DNA from: Anaerolineae bacterium
GTDB taxonomy: Bacteria > Chloroflexota > Anaerolineae > Promineifilales > Promineifilaceae
Assembly (NCBI GenBank): GCA_034435495.1
Contig: DAOTXO010000066.1
Coordinates: forward strand, 12,436-76,435
Direction: 5' to 3'
Length of the DNA: 64,000 bases
This document shows, piece by piece, positions 18,231 through 28,488 of the stretch. A program made the position numbers and the translations under genes. The notes under the pieces are model-generated. The model was not told where the DNA came from. It did no database searches and saw only the letters and a program-made list of their open reading frames with translations. Position 1 is the stretch's first letter. Each line of letters begins with the position of its first letter.

Positions 18231-21200
18231 ATGAGCGAGTTGATTGGGCAACAGATCGCCCACTACCGAATCCAGGAGTTGATCGGCGATGGCGGCATGG
18301 GAACCGTGTACCGCGCCTATGATCTGAATCTGGATCGGTCGGTGGCGCTTAAGTTGATGCATCCCCACTTCGCCCGCCAGCCGGAGTTTCAACTACGGCT
18401 GACCCAGGAAGCGCAAACCGCGGCCAAGCTGGACCACCCCTCGATTGTCAAAATCTACAATTTCGGAGAATCGGATAAAGGGCTGTATATTGCGATGGAG
18501 TTCATTCGCGACGGTAGCCTGCGCAGCCATCTACAACGTTATCAGGCAGCCGGCCGGTACATGGACATGAACCTGGGGTTGCAGATTGGCTTGCAGATTG
18601 CCGACGCCCTGGATTATGCCCATCGGGAAAATGTCATCCATCGTGATGTCAAGCCGGGCAACATCATCCTCAAGCGCTTGCCCCGCCCAGAAGAAGAAAG
18701 CTTTGGCCCGCTGCGGGCTGTGCTGACCGATTTTGGGCTGGTGCGTCTGCTGACCGGGACGCGCATCACCGATATGGGGGTGACGATGGGCACGCCCGTC
18801 TACATGTCGCCCGAACAGTGTGAGGGGCGTGAAGTGGATGGGCGCAGCGATCTGTATTCGTTGGGCGCAGTTCTGTATGAGATTTTTACCAACCGCCCCC
18901 CCTTCCTTTTCAGTTCGCTCTCACAAGCCATCGCTACCCACATTCGGAAAGAAGAGCCACCTCACCCTCGCACCCTGCGGTTGGACATTCCCCCTCTGTT
19001 AGATGCGTTGCTGACCAAAGCGCTGGCGCGTGACCCCAACGCGCGCTTCGCCAGTGGGTCTGAAATGGGTCAGGCGCTGCGCGCCGCCTTTTTCTCGCTG
19101 GGCAATGCGCCCACCCGCATCTGGCAGCGCCCCCAGATCGAGCCGATTGAAGGAGGGGTGGTCGATCCACCCACCGGCTACACCCTGACGCTGCGAACGC
19201 CCGGCCAACCTCTGACACGCCTGCCATTGGAAAAACGGTTGTATACCATCGGCCGGGGCCCGGATAACGACATTGTGCTGGCAGTGGATGGGGTATCACG
19301 TCATCATGCGCGCTTGCAGGCCACACCCTCAGGCTGGAGCGTGGTCGACCTGGGGGGCATTAACGGCACGTTTTTGCAGGAGCGCCGATTGCCGGCCGAC
19401 CAACCGACCCTGTGGTCTGTCGCCCAGACATTGCGCATTGGCCCCTATGAGATGCTCCTGACGGGGCCGGCCGGCCTGGAAACGACGCCCCCCGTTGGAA
19501 CAGGTTCACAAGCCGCTCCCACACCATCCAGCCCGCCACCCGCCGCCCCCGGGCCGCAACCGCCGCGCCTGTTAACACTCTTTTTGGCGCGCGAAAACCT
19601 GACGGTTGACCCAGGGCAGGTGGTCAATCTCAACATCGAGGTGGAAAACCACAGTGGTCTGGATGATCGCGTTGCTCTGCGCTTGCACGGCTTACCGCCC
19701 GACTGGGTGCGCGCACCAGAGGAATTTGTGCGCGTGGCGGCCGGCGAACGGGTGCGGCTGACCATTCAGATTCGCGCTCCCCGTCGCCCCGAAGGACAAG
19801 AAGCCAAAGGGCGGCAACGCTTTCGGGTGGAATTGGTGTCGCAACAGCACCCTGAGTTGAAGGTGGGGGCCAGTGGTTCGGTGACGCTGGGACAATATGA
19901 AGCCTTCGAGGCCACCCTGGCGCCAGATGAGGTCGCTTTGCCCGGTGTGGCGCAGGTGTCGATCCAAAACACCGGCAATGTCACCAGCACTTATAATCTG
20001 GTGGGCAAGCAGGCAGAAAATTACCTGCAGTTTAGTTTCGAGGCGCAGGCGCTGGAAGTGCGCGCCGGCCAGACAATGACCACTGATGTCACCCTAAACC
20101 CGACGCAACGCCGTCCTCTGCTAGATGGCCGGCTCATCTCGTTTGAAATTGAGGTCATTCCGACAACCGGCCGGCCGCGCCCACTGGCCGGAAGAGCTTC
20201 GCAACCTCCCTTAGCGCCCGCCTGGGCCTTTTATCTAAGCGCCTTTCTCATCTTTTGCGCTTGTTTCCTGACCTCATTTGTCATTTTCTTTGCTCCTGAA
20301 CGCCCGCGCCTGGAGGCCACGCCCACCGGCAACCTAACGCCAGCCACGCTGGTCGCCATGGTGACCCCTGCGCCCGACGCCTCGCTCACGCCGCCCGCCC
20401 TTCAGACTGCCGCCGCCACCTTATCCCCAGCGCCGCTCAACGATAACGACCTGGATCAACTGAGCAACAGTCAGGAAGCGTTGGTGGGCAGCGACCCCAA
20501 TAATCCTGACACCGACAACGACGGCCTGAGCGATGGGACTGAGGTATTGGAGTATGGTTCCAACCCCCTGCGTAGCGACACCGACAGTGATGGGCTATCA
20601 GACTTTGATGAAGTGACCCGTCACGGAACGTCGCCCATCAACAGCGACACCGATGGGGATGGGGTCAGCGATGGGGCGGAAGTTGCCCAGGGGAGAAACC
20701 CGCGCACGCCGGAGATCGCTCCCGCCACACCGGCCGCTACCGCGACGTTGTTACCCCCTGTGACGCCGACCCCTCCTGTCAGCACACCGTTACCCACCTT
20801 GACATTGACGCCGGCGACCACCCCACCGACAGCGACGGCCGTGTCCACCAGCACGTTCACTCCTACCCCGGCAGCAAGCGCTACAGCCACCCCCACCGCG
20901 CCGCCCCCCACTCCAACGGCGACGCCCACACCATCGCCCACGGCGACGCCGCTGCCAAGCCTGACGCCGACAGCCACTGCCACAGCAACAGCTGTTGTGC
21001 CCACACCAGAACCCTCCGACCTCACCCCCATTCCTCTGGCCTGTCAGTCAGCGCCTAACATGGATGGGGTCATTACCGTCGGCGAGTGGCCGGCCGCCAT
21101 CGACGTTATACTCCTGCCCGACAATCCAGAGCGTCAGACGACGCTTCATCTGGCTAAAACCAACCTGGCCATCTATCTGGGCTTCGTCATTAGCGATGCC

Positions 21201-21593
21201 ACGTTCGACGCCTCCGATTCGCTGCGGCTCTACCTGGATGTCCAGGGCAATGGCGGCGATCCGGACAGCGGCGACCGCTTCCTTCAGCTAGGGCGGGATG
21301 GAGCGCGGGTGATTCAGGCCGGCATCGGCAATAACAGTGATGGCGAAACCTGGGACCTCGACTACAGCAGCAGCAACTGGCTGGCAGCGATTGAGTCGGC
21401 GGCCGATAGCTGGGTGGTTGAAGTCCAAATCGACCTGGCGACCGAGTTGCCCTCGCTAGGGGCTACATGGGGACTCCTGGTGCAAACGTTATTTTCTGGC
21501 GAAGGGTTGGCGACCTGGCCGGCCGACGCCCTAGTGGATCAGGCGGAAACCTGGCAACCCATCGACAATAGCGCCCTCTGTTTTGGGCCGTAA
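18231..21593 (+). CDS. receptor-type Ser/Thr protein kinase: kinase + FHA + two Ig-like domains + TM + TSP3-like Ca-binding repeats + Pro/Thr linker + CBM9-like C-terminal domain
   Basis: Kinase (GDGGMGTVYRA, HRDVKPGNIIL, DFGL). FHA (LYTIGRGPDNDIVL...SRHHARL...VVDLGGINGTF). TM helix (FYLSAFLIFCACFLTSFVIFFAP). Repeats DTDNDGLSDGTE, DTDSDGLSDFDE, DTDGDGVSDGAE. C-terminal CBM9-like domain (LAIYLGFVISDATFD...LRLYLD). Confidence 0.85.
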   Translation: MSELIGQQIAHYRIQELIGDGGMGTVYRAYDLNLDRSVALKLMHPHFARQPEFQLRLTQEAQTAAKLDHPSIVKIYNFGESDKGLYIAMEFIRDGSLRSHLQRYQAAGRYMDMNLGLQIGLQIADALDYAHRENVIHRDVKPGNIILKRLPRPEEESFGPLRAVLTDFGLVRLLTGTRITDMGVTMGTPVYMSPEQCEGREVDGRSDLYSLGAVLYEIFTNRPPFLFSSLSQAIATHIRKEEPPHPRTLRLDIPPLLDALLTKALARDPNARFASGSEMGQALRAAFFSLGNAPTRIWQRPQIEPIEGGVVDPPTGYTLTLRTPGQPLTRLPLEKRLYTIGRGPDNDIVLAVDGVSRHHARLQATPSGWSVVDLGGINGTFLQERRLPADQPTLWSVAQTLRIGPYEMLLTGPAGLETTPPVGTGSQAAPTPSSPPPAAPGPQPPRLLTLFLARENLTVDPGQVVNLNIEVENHSGLDDRVALRLHGLPPDWVRAPEEFVRVAAGERVRLTIQIRAPRRPEGQEAKGRQRFRVELVSQQHPELKVGASGSVTLGQYEAFEATLAPDEVALPGVAQVSIQNTGNVTSTYNLVGKQAENYLQFSFEAQALEVRAGQTMTTDVTLNPTQRRPLLDGRLISFEIEVIPTTGRPRPLAGRASQPPLAPAWAFYLSAFLIFCACFLTSFVIFFAPERPRLEATPTGNLTPATLVAMVTPAPDASLTPPALQTAAATLSPAPLNDNDLDQLSNSQEALVGSDPNNPDTDNDGLSDGTEVLEYGSNPLRSDTDSDGLSDFDEVTRHGTSPINSDTDGDGVSDGAEVAQGRNPRTPEIAPATPAATATLLPPVTPTPPVSTPLPTLTLTPATTPPTATAVSTSTFTPTPAASATATPTAPPPTPTATPTPSPTATPLPSLTPTATATATAVVPTPEPSDLTPIPLACQSAPNMDGVITVGEWPAAIDVILLPDNPERQTTLHLAKTNLAIYLGFVISDATFDASDSLRLYLDVQGNGGDPDSGDRFLQLGRDGARVIQAGIGNNSDGETWDLDYSSSNWLAAIESAADSWVVEVQIDLATELPSLGATWGLLVQTLFSGEGLATWPADALVDQAETWQPIDNSALCFGP
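20698..21030 (+). repeat. low-complexity Pro/Thr/Ala-rich coding repeat (ACNCCNACNGCN periodicity) inside the kinase gene
   Basis: Encodes TPTPPVSTPLPTLTLTPATTPPTATAV...TPTATPTPSPTATPLPSLTPTATATATA. Confidence 0.6.
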
Positions 21594-21616
21594 CCCTGGC
21601 TCGATAGAGTGAGACG

Positions 21617-22987
21617 CTAGGGGGCGAGCCACTGCCGCAAGCTGGGAATGGCCTGGGGATCGCTCATCAGCCAGTGCGCCAGCGCATCGTGGGGCAAGGT
21701 GCGCCGCCAGCGCTGGTAGGTGGAGAGCGGTAAATCACGGTAGAACAAAGCCACTACCACTGCTTCTGTCCCCCAAACGGGACGCGCATAGTAAACCGTT
21801 GTCAACACCCCCGGCAACTGCCCATTTTTATACCCCACCGTCAAATACCGTTCTCGATTGGCGGGAAAGGCCTCCATTGGCCATTCCAGATAGAAACGCA
21901 CCAGGTGGTTGATGCGCGGCGTCGCCAGCGTGTCACCCATCAAGCGCGCCAGCAGATCAGCATAGGCGCGGGCAGTAGCCTGGGTATCCAGCGCGGCGGT
22001 GAACTGGGCCTGCACAGACACAGACGGCCGGCGGCGCAAACCCCAATACCCCTCCTCTGCCTGGCGAAAGGCTGCATCCTGGGTGTAGAGCCTGGTCAGG
22101 TCCACCACCTCCTGGGCATAACGCTCAGGGTCAGCAGCCAGGGCCGCCACCGCCTGAGCGTCGCTGCCCACACGGGTGTGGTTGCTCATGAGCAAAAAGC
22201 GCCCCAGAAAAGGGCAGGGGGCAGAGTGGGGCAGCAGCCCAAAGCTGGCCAGGCTATGCTCCAACGCAGCCTGGCCGAGTCGGGCGTGCACATAATCAGC
22301 CGCAGCATTGGAGCTGTGGCGGATCATCATCCACACAATCTGACTGAGGGCTACGCTGTTTTGTGTCACAGCTCCGGCCGCTTGCAGCTCAGCCACAGCC
22401 CCGGCGTGCGCCCCCAGGTCAGAACGGGGCAAATAAAAACGCGCTAACTCCTCCAGGGGAATCTGTTCATTTGGGTCCAACGCGCCCGCCTCCACCGCCT
22501 GGGCGTAGGCGAGCAGATGGGCCAATTTCACCACCGAGGCCAGCGGCATCGGAACGTCCGGTTGCCAGTAAACACCCGCCGACTCCTGTCCCAGCATGTA
22601 GGCCACCAGCGCCACGCTTTCCGGCGCGGCCGCCAGCTGTTCGAGAGCGGGCAGGGCCGCGGACGGAACATTGGCCGGCAGGGTTGTCGTCGAAGGGGAG
22701 AGCGCAGGGGGGGGAGTAGCCGACAGTGTCACCGGCAAGGTTTGACCACAGGTCAGCCAGACCAGCGCGGGTGCAGGTTGGGGCGTCACGCCATCGGTCG
22801 GCGGTAGCGGGGTGGCAACAGGTTCTGTCATGCTGCGGGGAGGAGTGGGGTCGTCCACCACGGCAACCAGAGGGGTCGGGGTGGTGGGCAAGAGCGCCGG
22901 GGGCGCAACGGCCGGAGGTGCGTCACACCCGGCTGTGATGAGGCCCAGCCAAAGCCCCAGATAGGGCCAGCTACGACGCCAACTCAT
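21617..22987 (-). CDS. class A beta-lactamase-family serine hydrolase, lipoprotein with Pro-rich linker
   Basis: Lipobox ITAGC. Aligns by eye to the TEM S-x-x-K region (PMPLASVVKLAHLLAYAQ ~ FPMCSTFKVLLCGAVL) and SDN region (HSSNAAADYV ~ MSDNTAANLL). K-N-G sits where KTG is expected. Confidence 0.6.
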   Translation of the reverse strand: MSWRRSWPYLGLWLGLITAGCDAPPAVAPPALLPTTPTPLVAVVDDPTPPRSMTEPVATPLPPTDGVTPQPAPALVWLTCGQTLPVTLSATPPPALSPSTTTLPANVPSAALPALEQLAAAPESVALVAYMLGQESAGVYWQPDVPMPLASVVKLAHLLAYAQAVEAGALDPNEQIPLEELARFYLPRSDLGAHAGAVAELQAAGAVTQNSVALSQIVWMMIRHSSNAAADYVHARLGQAALEHSLASFGLLPHSAPCPFLGRFLLMSNHTRVGSDAQAVAALAADPERYAQEVVDLTRLYTQDAAFRQAEEGYWGLRRRPSVSVQAQFTAALDTQATARAYADLLARLMGDTLATPRINHLVRFYLEWPMEAFPANRERYLTVGYKNGQLPGVLTTVYYARPVWGTEAVVVALFYRDLPLSTYQRWRRTLPHDALAHWLMSDPQAIPSLRQWLAP

Positions 22988-23772
22988 CGGATGGTGAGAC
23001 GCGCCTGGCGGGTGGCTTCCCGCGCCGCTGCCTCGTGCGCCTCACGCCAGGCGCTATCACGCAGGGCGCGCACAATAAAGTCGCGCGCTTCTTCGGGCGT
23101 ATCGGTGACCAACAGCAGATCGAGGTCGCTGGCAGCGACTTTACCTTCACCCAACATCGTGGCCCGTAGCCAGGCCAGTAACCCTCGCCAATAGGCCGAG
23201 TCGAACAGCACCACCGGAAAATTGCGAATCTTGCCCGTCTGGATAAGGGTCAGGGATTCAAACAGTTCGTCCATCGTGCCAAAACCGCCGGGGAAGACTA
23301 CATAACCCTGAGCATATTTGACGAACATTGTCTTGCGAGCGAAAAAGTAACGAAAGTAGATGGCCAGATCGACATAAGGGTTTGTGCCCTGCTCAAAGGG
23401 CAGCTCAATATTCAACCCAATCGAGGGTGCGCCGGCCAGTCGCGCCCCTTCGTTGGCCGCCTGCATAATGCCAGGTCCGCCGCCGGTGATGATGGAAAGG
23501 CCGGCCGCGCCTAAAAGGCGAGCTGTCTCCCGCGCCGCTACATACTGGGGGTGATCGGGGCGGGTGCGGGCCGAACCAAAAATGCTGATGGCCGGGTTGA
23601 CATGAGCCAGTTTGTCGAAGCCCTCCACAAATTCGCTCATGATGCGAAAAACGCGCCAGGGATCGCCCTGGGTGAAATCCGCCTGGGTAGGCGTGGCCAA
23701 AAGGCGCTCATCTTCTGTCAGGCGCCAGGCTGAGTTGGAAGGGGTCAGGGGTGGGTTCATCATAGCACGCAA
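22984..23772 (-). CDS. LOG-family protein (TIGR00730, cytokinin riboside 5'-monophosphate phosphoribohydrolase-like)
   Basis: ISIFGSAR...GGGPGIMQAAN...PGGFGTMDEL are LOG signature motifs. The 4-bp ATGA overlap with the downstream gene suggests an operon. Confidence 0.8.
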   Translation of the reverse strand: MRAMMNPPLTPSNSAWRLTEDERLLATPTQADFTQGDPWRVFRIMSEFVEGFDKLAHVNPAISIFGSARTRPDHPQYVAARETARLLGAAGLSIITGGGPGIMQAANEGARLAGAPSIGLNIELPFEQGTNPYVDLAIYFRYFFARKTMFVKYAQGYVVFPGGFGTMDELFESLTLIQTGKIRNFPVVLFDSAYWRGLLAWLRATMLGEGKVAASDLDLLLVTDTPEEARDFIVRALRDSAWREAHEAAAREATRQARLTIR

Positions 23773-23894
23773 AAGGTAGGAAGTTACAGTGGCCTATTGT
23801 ACATCAGATCGAAGTGGTTGTTTACTTATGGCAAATCGGAGGGCCGGTCGCTATAGTTACAGGCAACAACAAACCATGAGAACAAGAAGGAAAC

Positions 23895-25469
23895 ATGGCA
23901 GATTATGACGTTTTGGTCGTGGGCGCCGGCCACAATGCACTGGTTTGCGCCGCTTATATTACCCAGGCTGGTTATCGAGTGGGTGTTCTGGAGCGACGCG
24001 CCAAAGTGGGTGGAGCGGTTGTCACTGAAGAGATTATCCCTGGCTTCCAGTTTGATCTGGGGGGATCGGCGCATATTCTCATCAACCACACGCCCATTGT
24101 GGCAGACCTGGAACTCACCCGCTATGGGCTGGAGTACATCGATCTCGATCCCCTGTTCTTCGCCCCCTTCCCCGATGGCAGTCACCTGACGGTGTGGAAA
24201 GATGTGGCGCGCACAGTGGAGAGCATTGCCGCTATTTCCCCGGCCGATGCCGAAGCTTATCAGGCATTCATTGACACCTGGCGACCGCTGGCGGCCGGCA
24301 TGGTGGAGATGTTCACCCACCAGCCTACGCCCTTGAATATGGCGCGCTATCTGGTGTTCAATCAGGGGTTGCGGCGGCGCGACAGCCTGGAGCGACTGAG
24401 CGATCTAATGACCGGCTATGGAACTTACCTGCGTCGCCGCTTTCACACTCCACAACTACAGGCCGTGATTGGTTGGATGGCGGCTCAATCGGGGCCGCCC
24501 CCCACCGAGCCGCTCTCCGCTCCTTTTGCCCTGTGGCATCCCATGTACCATGTCAGCGGAATGCGCCGGCCGCGCGGCGGTTCTGGGATGCTCACCCAGG
24601 CCCTGGCGCGCATGATCCAGGCCCACGGCGGTCATATCTTCACCAACGCCCCAGTGCGACGGATTGTGGTGGAAAAGGGGCGCGTCATCGGGACAGAAAC
24701 GGTGGATGGGCGTTATCTGACAGCGCGCAAAGTTGTCTCGGGGGCGCACATCGTTACTACCATGCAGCTTTTGGGAGAGGACGCGCCGGCCGAGGCCCGG
24801 CGGCGCGTCGCCGGGGCGCGCATCGGCAACGGCTTTGGCATGATGCTGCGCCTGGCGGTTGACCAACTGCCGGACTACTGGGCCGTCCCCGGCGCGCCCG
24901 AACCCCACCACACCGCCATGCAATTTATCTGCCCTGACCTGCCCTACCTGGAACGAGCGTATGGGGATTATCTGGCCGGCCGGCCGTCGGAAAATCCGGC
25001 CCTGATCGCCATGACCTGGTCGGCGGCCGACCCTACCCTGGCTCCCCCAGGCAAACATGTGCTGTTCATCTGGGGGCAATATTACCCTTACGAGCTGGCC
25101 TCGGGCGCGTCGTGGGAGAACATAGGGGATGCGGTCGCGGATCACATGCTGGAGACGCTGGCCCACTACGCCCCCAATGTCCGTCACAGCGTCCTGGGGC
25201 GATTGGTGGAAACGCCGCTGTATCTGGAGCAAACGCTGGGGCTGCTGCGGGGCAATGTGATGCACCTGGAGATGTCGATAGATCAAATGTTTATGTGGCG
25301 GCCGGCGCTGCAAATGAGCACCTATCGAGGCCCAGTGACCGATCTATACCTGACTGGAGCCAGCACCCATCCTGGCGGTGGGATCATGGGGGCGGCCGGC
25401 CGCAACACGGCCGCAGTCGTCTTGCACGATTTGTCACGCCGACGTTGGTTTGGGGGGGGCAGGGGTTAA
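23895..25469 (+). CDS. phytoene-desaturase (CrtI)-family NAD(P)/FAD-dependent oxidoreductase
   Basis: N-terminal dinucleotide fold [17 protein letters not shown]...GGAV; 524 aa; typical C-terminal GG.IMGA.G. Confidence 0.8.
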   Translation: MADYDVLVVGAGHNALVCAAYITQAGYRVGVLERRAKVGGAVVTEEIIPGFQFDLGGSAHILINHTPIVADLELTRYGLEYIDLDPLFFAPFPDGSHLTVWKDVARTVESIAAISPADAEAYQAFIDTWRPLAAGMVEMFTHQPTPLNMARYLVFNQGLRRRDSLERLSDLMTGYGTYLRRRFHTPQLQAVIGWMAAQSGPPPTEPLSAPFALWHPMYHVSGMRRPRGGSGMLTQALARMIQAHGGHIFTNAPVRRIVVEKGRVIGTETVDGRYLTARKVVSGAHIVTTMQLLGEDAPAEARRRVAGARIGNGFGMMLRLAVDQLPDYWAVPGAPEPHHTAMQFICPDLPYLERAYGDYLAGRPSENPALIAMTWSAADPTLAPPGKHVLFIWGQYYPYELASGASWENIGDAVADHMLETLAHYAPNVRHSVLGRLVETPLYLEQTLGLLRGNVMHLEMSIDQMFMWRPALQMSTYRGPVTDLYLTGASTHPGGGIMGAAGRNTAAVVLHDLSRRRWFGGGRG

Positions 25470-25484
25470 GGTCTGCCTGTGGGG

Positions 25485-28451
25485 TTAAGTGGGTTCGGCG
25501 GCCGGCTCCGGCCGGCCGATATACTTAAAGATCACCATTGTGCTGTCGTCATATTGCAAGGTATCGCCAGCGTGTGCTTCCACTGCCCGCTGCACCGCCC
25601 GCATAATGCTGTGGGCATCCTGCTGCCGCGCCTGGCTGGCGATCAGACGTAAGCGATCCAGGCCAAACTCAGCCTGGGCCTCATTCAGCGCCTCCGTCAC
25701 ACCATCGGTGTAGAAAAGCACCACATCCCCTGGGCGCAACGTGACCGTGTGCGCCCGATAGGTTGCCCCCTCCAAAATCCCCAAAGCCAGACCATGCTCG
25801 GTCAGCAGCCGGCTTTGACCATCTTCCCGAATTACCAGGGGTGGGTTGTGTCCGCCATTGGCATAGGTGAAAGCATTCTCTTCCGGGTCCCAAATGGCGT
25901 AAAAAACGGTGACGAATAAATCCGAGGCGGTGTCATTCAAAATCAGCTCGTTGGCTCGTTCCAACACCAGGGCCGGGTCAAGCCGATTGAACGCGACCAC
26001 CCGCAAAACAGTGCGACACAGCGCCATGAAGAGCGCCGCTGGAATGCCTTTATCCGCCACATCGGCAATGATAATACCCCAACGGTCATTGGATAGGGGC
26101 AAAAAGTCGTAAAAATCACCACTGACCTGACGCGCCGCCTGCCAGAAGCCGGCCACGTCGCACCCGCTGATGTGGGGGCTGTCACCGGGGATGAGCTTGG
26201 CTTGAATCTCATAGGCGACGCTCAACTCTTGCTCCAGGCGATCCCGTTCGGCCGACTCCTGGTACAACTGGTCATTGACCACAGCAATAGCCGCCTGCTG
26301 GGCAATGCCGGCCAAAATGCGCAAGCGCCGGCCGGACAGCGGTTCAACATGGTGGGGGTCTGCTACCAACAACGCCCCCACCAGCTGGCCGCGGGCGTGC
26401 AAAGGTAGCGCGTCGGCGGCATCCGCTTCAAACACTCGACTCAACCAGGTGGGCAAGGTGATGCGATAGGCGACAGTGCCCGGCGTCAGGGCGTAATGGT
26501 CGTAGGTTTGAGTGAAAGCGAATTCAGTAGCATCGAAGGCAAAGCTGTCGATCAACCCCAACCCCATCTCGCTGACGCCGTAGCTCGGGCCAGCGCGAAA
26601 GGTCTGGCGTTCCGTATCCCAAATGAGAATCAGGCCACAGCGCGCTCCCACCAGCATAGGGGCTAGACGCACAATCGTGCCCAAAATTTCGTTTAACTCG
26701 ATCAAGCTGTTGACCGCTTCCGCCACCTGCAACAAGGCGGTGTTGACCCACGCCTCTTCCTGTTGTGCCAGACGCAAGCGGGCATTGGCTATAGCCTGAC
26801 CTGTCTGGTCAGCCATACGCTGCAACAGTTCACGCTGGCGACGGCGGGTCGCCCCTCCTTCTTGGAGGGGTGAAGCCTCAGCTTCTCCTCCTTCCTCCAC
26901 CACCATCACTCCCTGGATGACCCCCTGGGCCATCAGAGGGAACAACCGCATGGAACGGCTGCGGCGTGAACCAGCCCAGGGGGGCGGCAGTTGGGTAGCC
27001 CACTCCACCTGCCCCACATGCACCGCCGTCAGCGGCGTCCACTGGTCAAGTTCCAGACGACGATCCAGCCAGGTGGTGGTTTGGGCCGAGGTTGCGCCAT
27101 GCAAAGCCGCCAGGCGGTAATGGTGGCGCTCGCCTTCCCAGATCAAGATGGCGCATTGCCGCGCACCCGCCAGAAGGGAGGTCAGACGGGCCACAATCTG
27201 CGTCAGGTCTTCTGGGTCGCGGGCGCGGCTGATGGCGTCGGCTGTCTGGAATTCGACTGTCGCCACCCAGGCCTGTTCTCGTTGGGTGGCCAGCTGGCGC
27301 GCTTTGTAGATGGCGGCCGAAACTTCGTTGGCCAACGCCTCCAGAACAGCCTGCTCTCGCTGTGAAAAACCGCCCGTCTTGTCGCTCTGGACATCCAGAA
27401 CGCCCAACACTTCCTCATCCACCATCAAGGGAATGGCAATTTCGGCCCGGGTGCGGGTGCCAGCAATGTCGTAATCCGTCACGCCAATGCCGGCTATATA
27501 ACGTTCATCGAGCGAAACATCATGCGCCACCACCGTTTGGCGGGTGGCGGCAGCGGTTCCTGTCAAGCCCTCCCCCAACGTCAGGTACATTGAGCTTGAC
27601 TCCAACCCTTCCACGCTACTAGCGCGCATGATCAGTCGGCCGCTTTCTGGATCTAAACTCACCACATTGACAGGATGGAATCCCAGGCGCTCGCGGGTGA
27701 GCACCACCACTTGCCGAAAGATTTCGTCCATGTCCTGGATGGCGTTCACGCGCCGGGCAATGCGGCTCACCATTTCCAGGTCATCCGCCCGGGCGCGCAC
27801 CTGTTCAAACAAACGGGCGTTGGAGATGCCAGCAGCGGCCTGATTGGCCAGAATCGAAAGGCGGCGGACATCCGCCTCGCGGAAACGGTACGGATCGGGG
27901 TGGTGGGCCGCCATGACGCCCATCACCTCCTCACCGCTCAACAGGGGTAAAAAGATGGCGGAACGGGATGGGTTGGCGCTAATATAATGGGGGCGGGCCG
28001 GCAACTGGCTGAGTTCTTGTTGGAAATCTTTGATCAACAACGGCCGGCCGTGGTCACGCACCCACCCCACCAACCCCAAACTATCTCGCAGATCGAAGGT
28101 CTGGGGGGTGGGGCGCTGTTCGCCGCGCACACGCCAAAACAAGATGTGGTAAAGGTTGTGTTCAAAGAGACCAATCTGAAAGGTGCTGTTGTCGATAACT
28201 TTGCCCGCTTCGTTGGCAATGAGCTCGCACAAAGCCATCAAATCCAGCTCGGAGGCAACAATGGCCCGGCCGGCTTCCGCCAGGGTCTCCAATTCCGCGA
28301 TGCGGCGTATCAGGCCGCGTCGCGTATCCCGCCGCCGCCAGTAGACAATCCCCACCAGCGTGAGGATCAAGGCTGTGACCAACCCGGCCACCAACAGCGC
28401 CGAACCCAGGCTTAGACCGTTCCCGTTGGGAAGCAATTGGATGAAAACCAT
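25485..28451 (-). CDS. membrane-anchored multi-GAF sensor with C-terminal PP2C/SpoIIE-type Ser phosphatase (RsbU/RsbP-like)
   Basis: 988 aa. One N-terminal TM, then 3-4 GAF-like repeats. C-terminal PPM domain (SGDFYDF...IIADVADKG...LFVTVFYAIWD...YANGGHNPP...LFYTDGVTEA). Confidence 0.85.
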   Translation of the reverse strand: MVFIQLLPNGNGLSLGSALLVAGLVTALILTLVGIVYWRRRDTRRGLIRRIAELETLAEAGRAIVASELDLMALCELIANEAGKVIDNSTFQIGLFEHNLYHILFWRVRGEQRPTPQTFDLRDSLGLVGWVRDHGRPLLIKDFQQELSQLPARPHYISANPSRSAIFLPLLSGEEVMGVMAAHHPDPYRFREADVRRLSILANQAAAGISNARLFEQVRARADDLEMVSRIARRVNAIQDMDEIFRQVVVLTRERLGFHPVNVVSLDPESGRLIMRASSVEGLESSSMYLTLGEGLTGTAAATRQTVVAHDVSLDERYIAGIGVTDYDIAGTRTRAEIAIPLMVDEEVLGVLDVQSDKTGGFSQREQAVLEALANEVSAAIYKARQLATQREQAWVATVEFQTADAISRARDPEDLTQIVARLTSLLAGARQCAILIWEGERHHYRLAALHGATSAQTTTWLDRRLELDQWTPLTAVHVGQVEWATQLPPPWAGSRRSRSMRLFPLMAQGVIQGVMVVEEGGEAEASPLQEGGATRRRQRELLQRMADQTGQAIANARLRLAQQEEAWVNTALLQVAEAVNSLIELNEILGTIVRLAPMLVGARCGLILIWDTERQTFRAGPSYGVSEMGLGLIDSFAFDATEFAFTQTYDHYALTPGTVAYRITLPTWLSRVFEADAADALPLHARGQLVGALLVADPHHVEPLSGRRLRILAGIAQQAAIAVVNDQLYQESAERDRLEQELSVAYEIQAKLIPGDSPHISGCDVAGFWQAARQVSGDFYDFLPLSNDRWGIIIADVADKGIPAALFMALCRTVLRVVAFNRLDPALVLERANELILNDTASDLFVTVFYAIWDPEENAFTYANGGHNPPLVIREDGQSRLLTEHGLALGILEGATYRAHTVTLRPGDVVLFYTDGVTEALNEAQAEFGLDRLRLIASQARQQDAHSIMRAVQRAVEAHAGDTLQYDDSTMVIFKYIGRPEPAAEPT

Positions 28452-28488
28452 GGCAAGCGCCGTCCACAGTTGTGGAACGGGCGATCAA

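Noticed and set aside
20430-21030. Periodic repeats that could be mistaken for a CRISPR array or tandem DNA repeat
   Set aside because: The periodicity is at the codon level (Asp-rich TSP3 repeats and PT linker) inside a continuous ORF, with no repeat-spacer structure. No CRISPR array or cas genes were seen anywhere in the window.
20621-21031. 136-aa minus-strand ORF rich in GVGVAVG repeats
   Set aside because: It is the antisense reading of the Pro/Thr/Ala-rich linker of the kinase gene, a low-complexity artefact.
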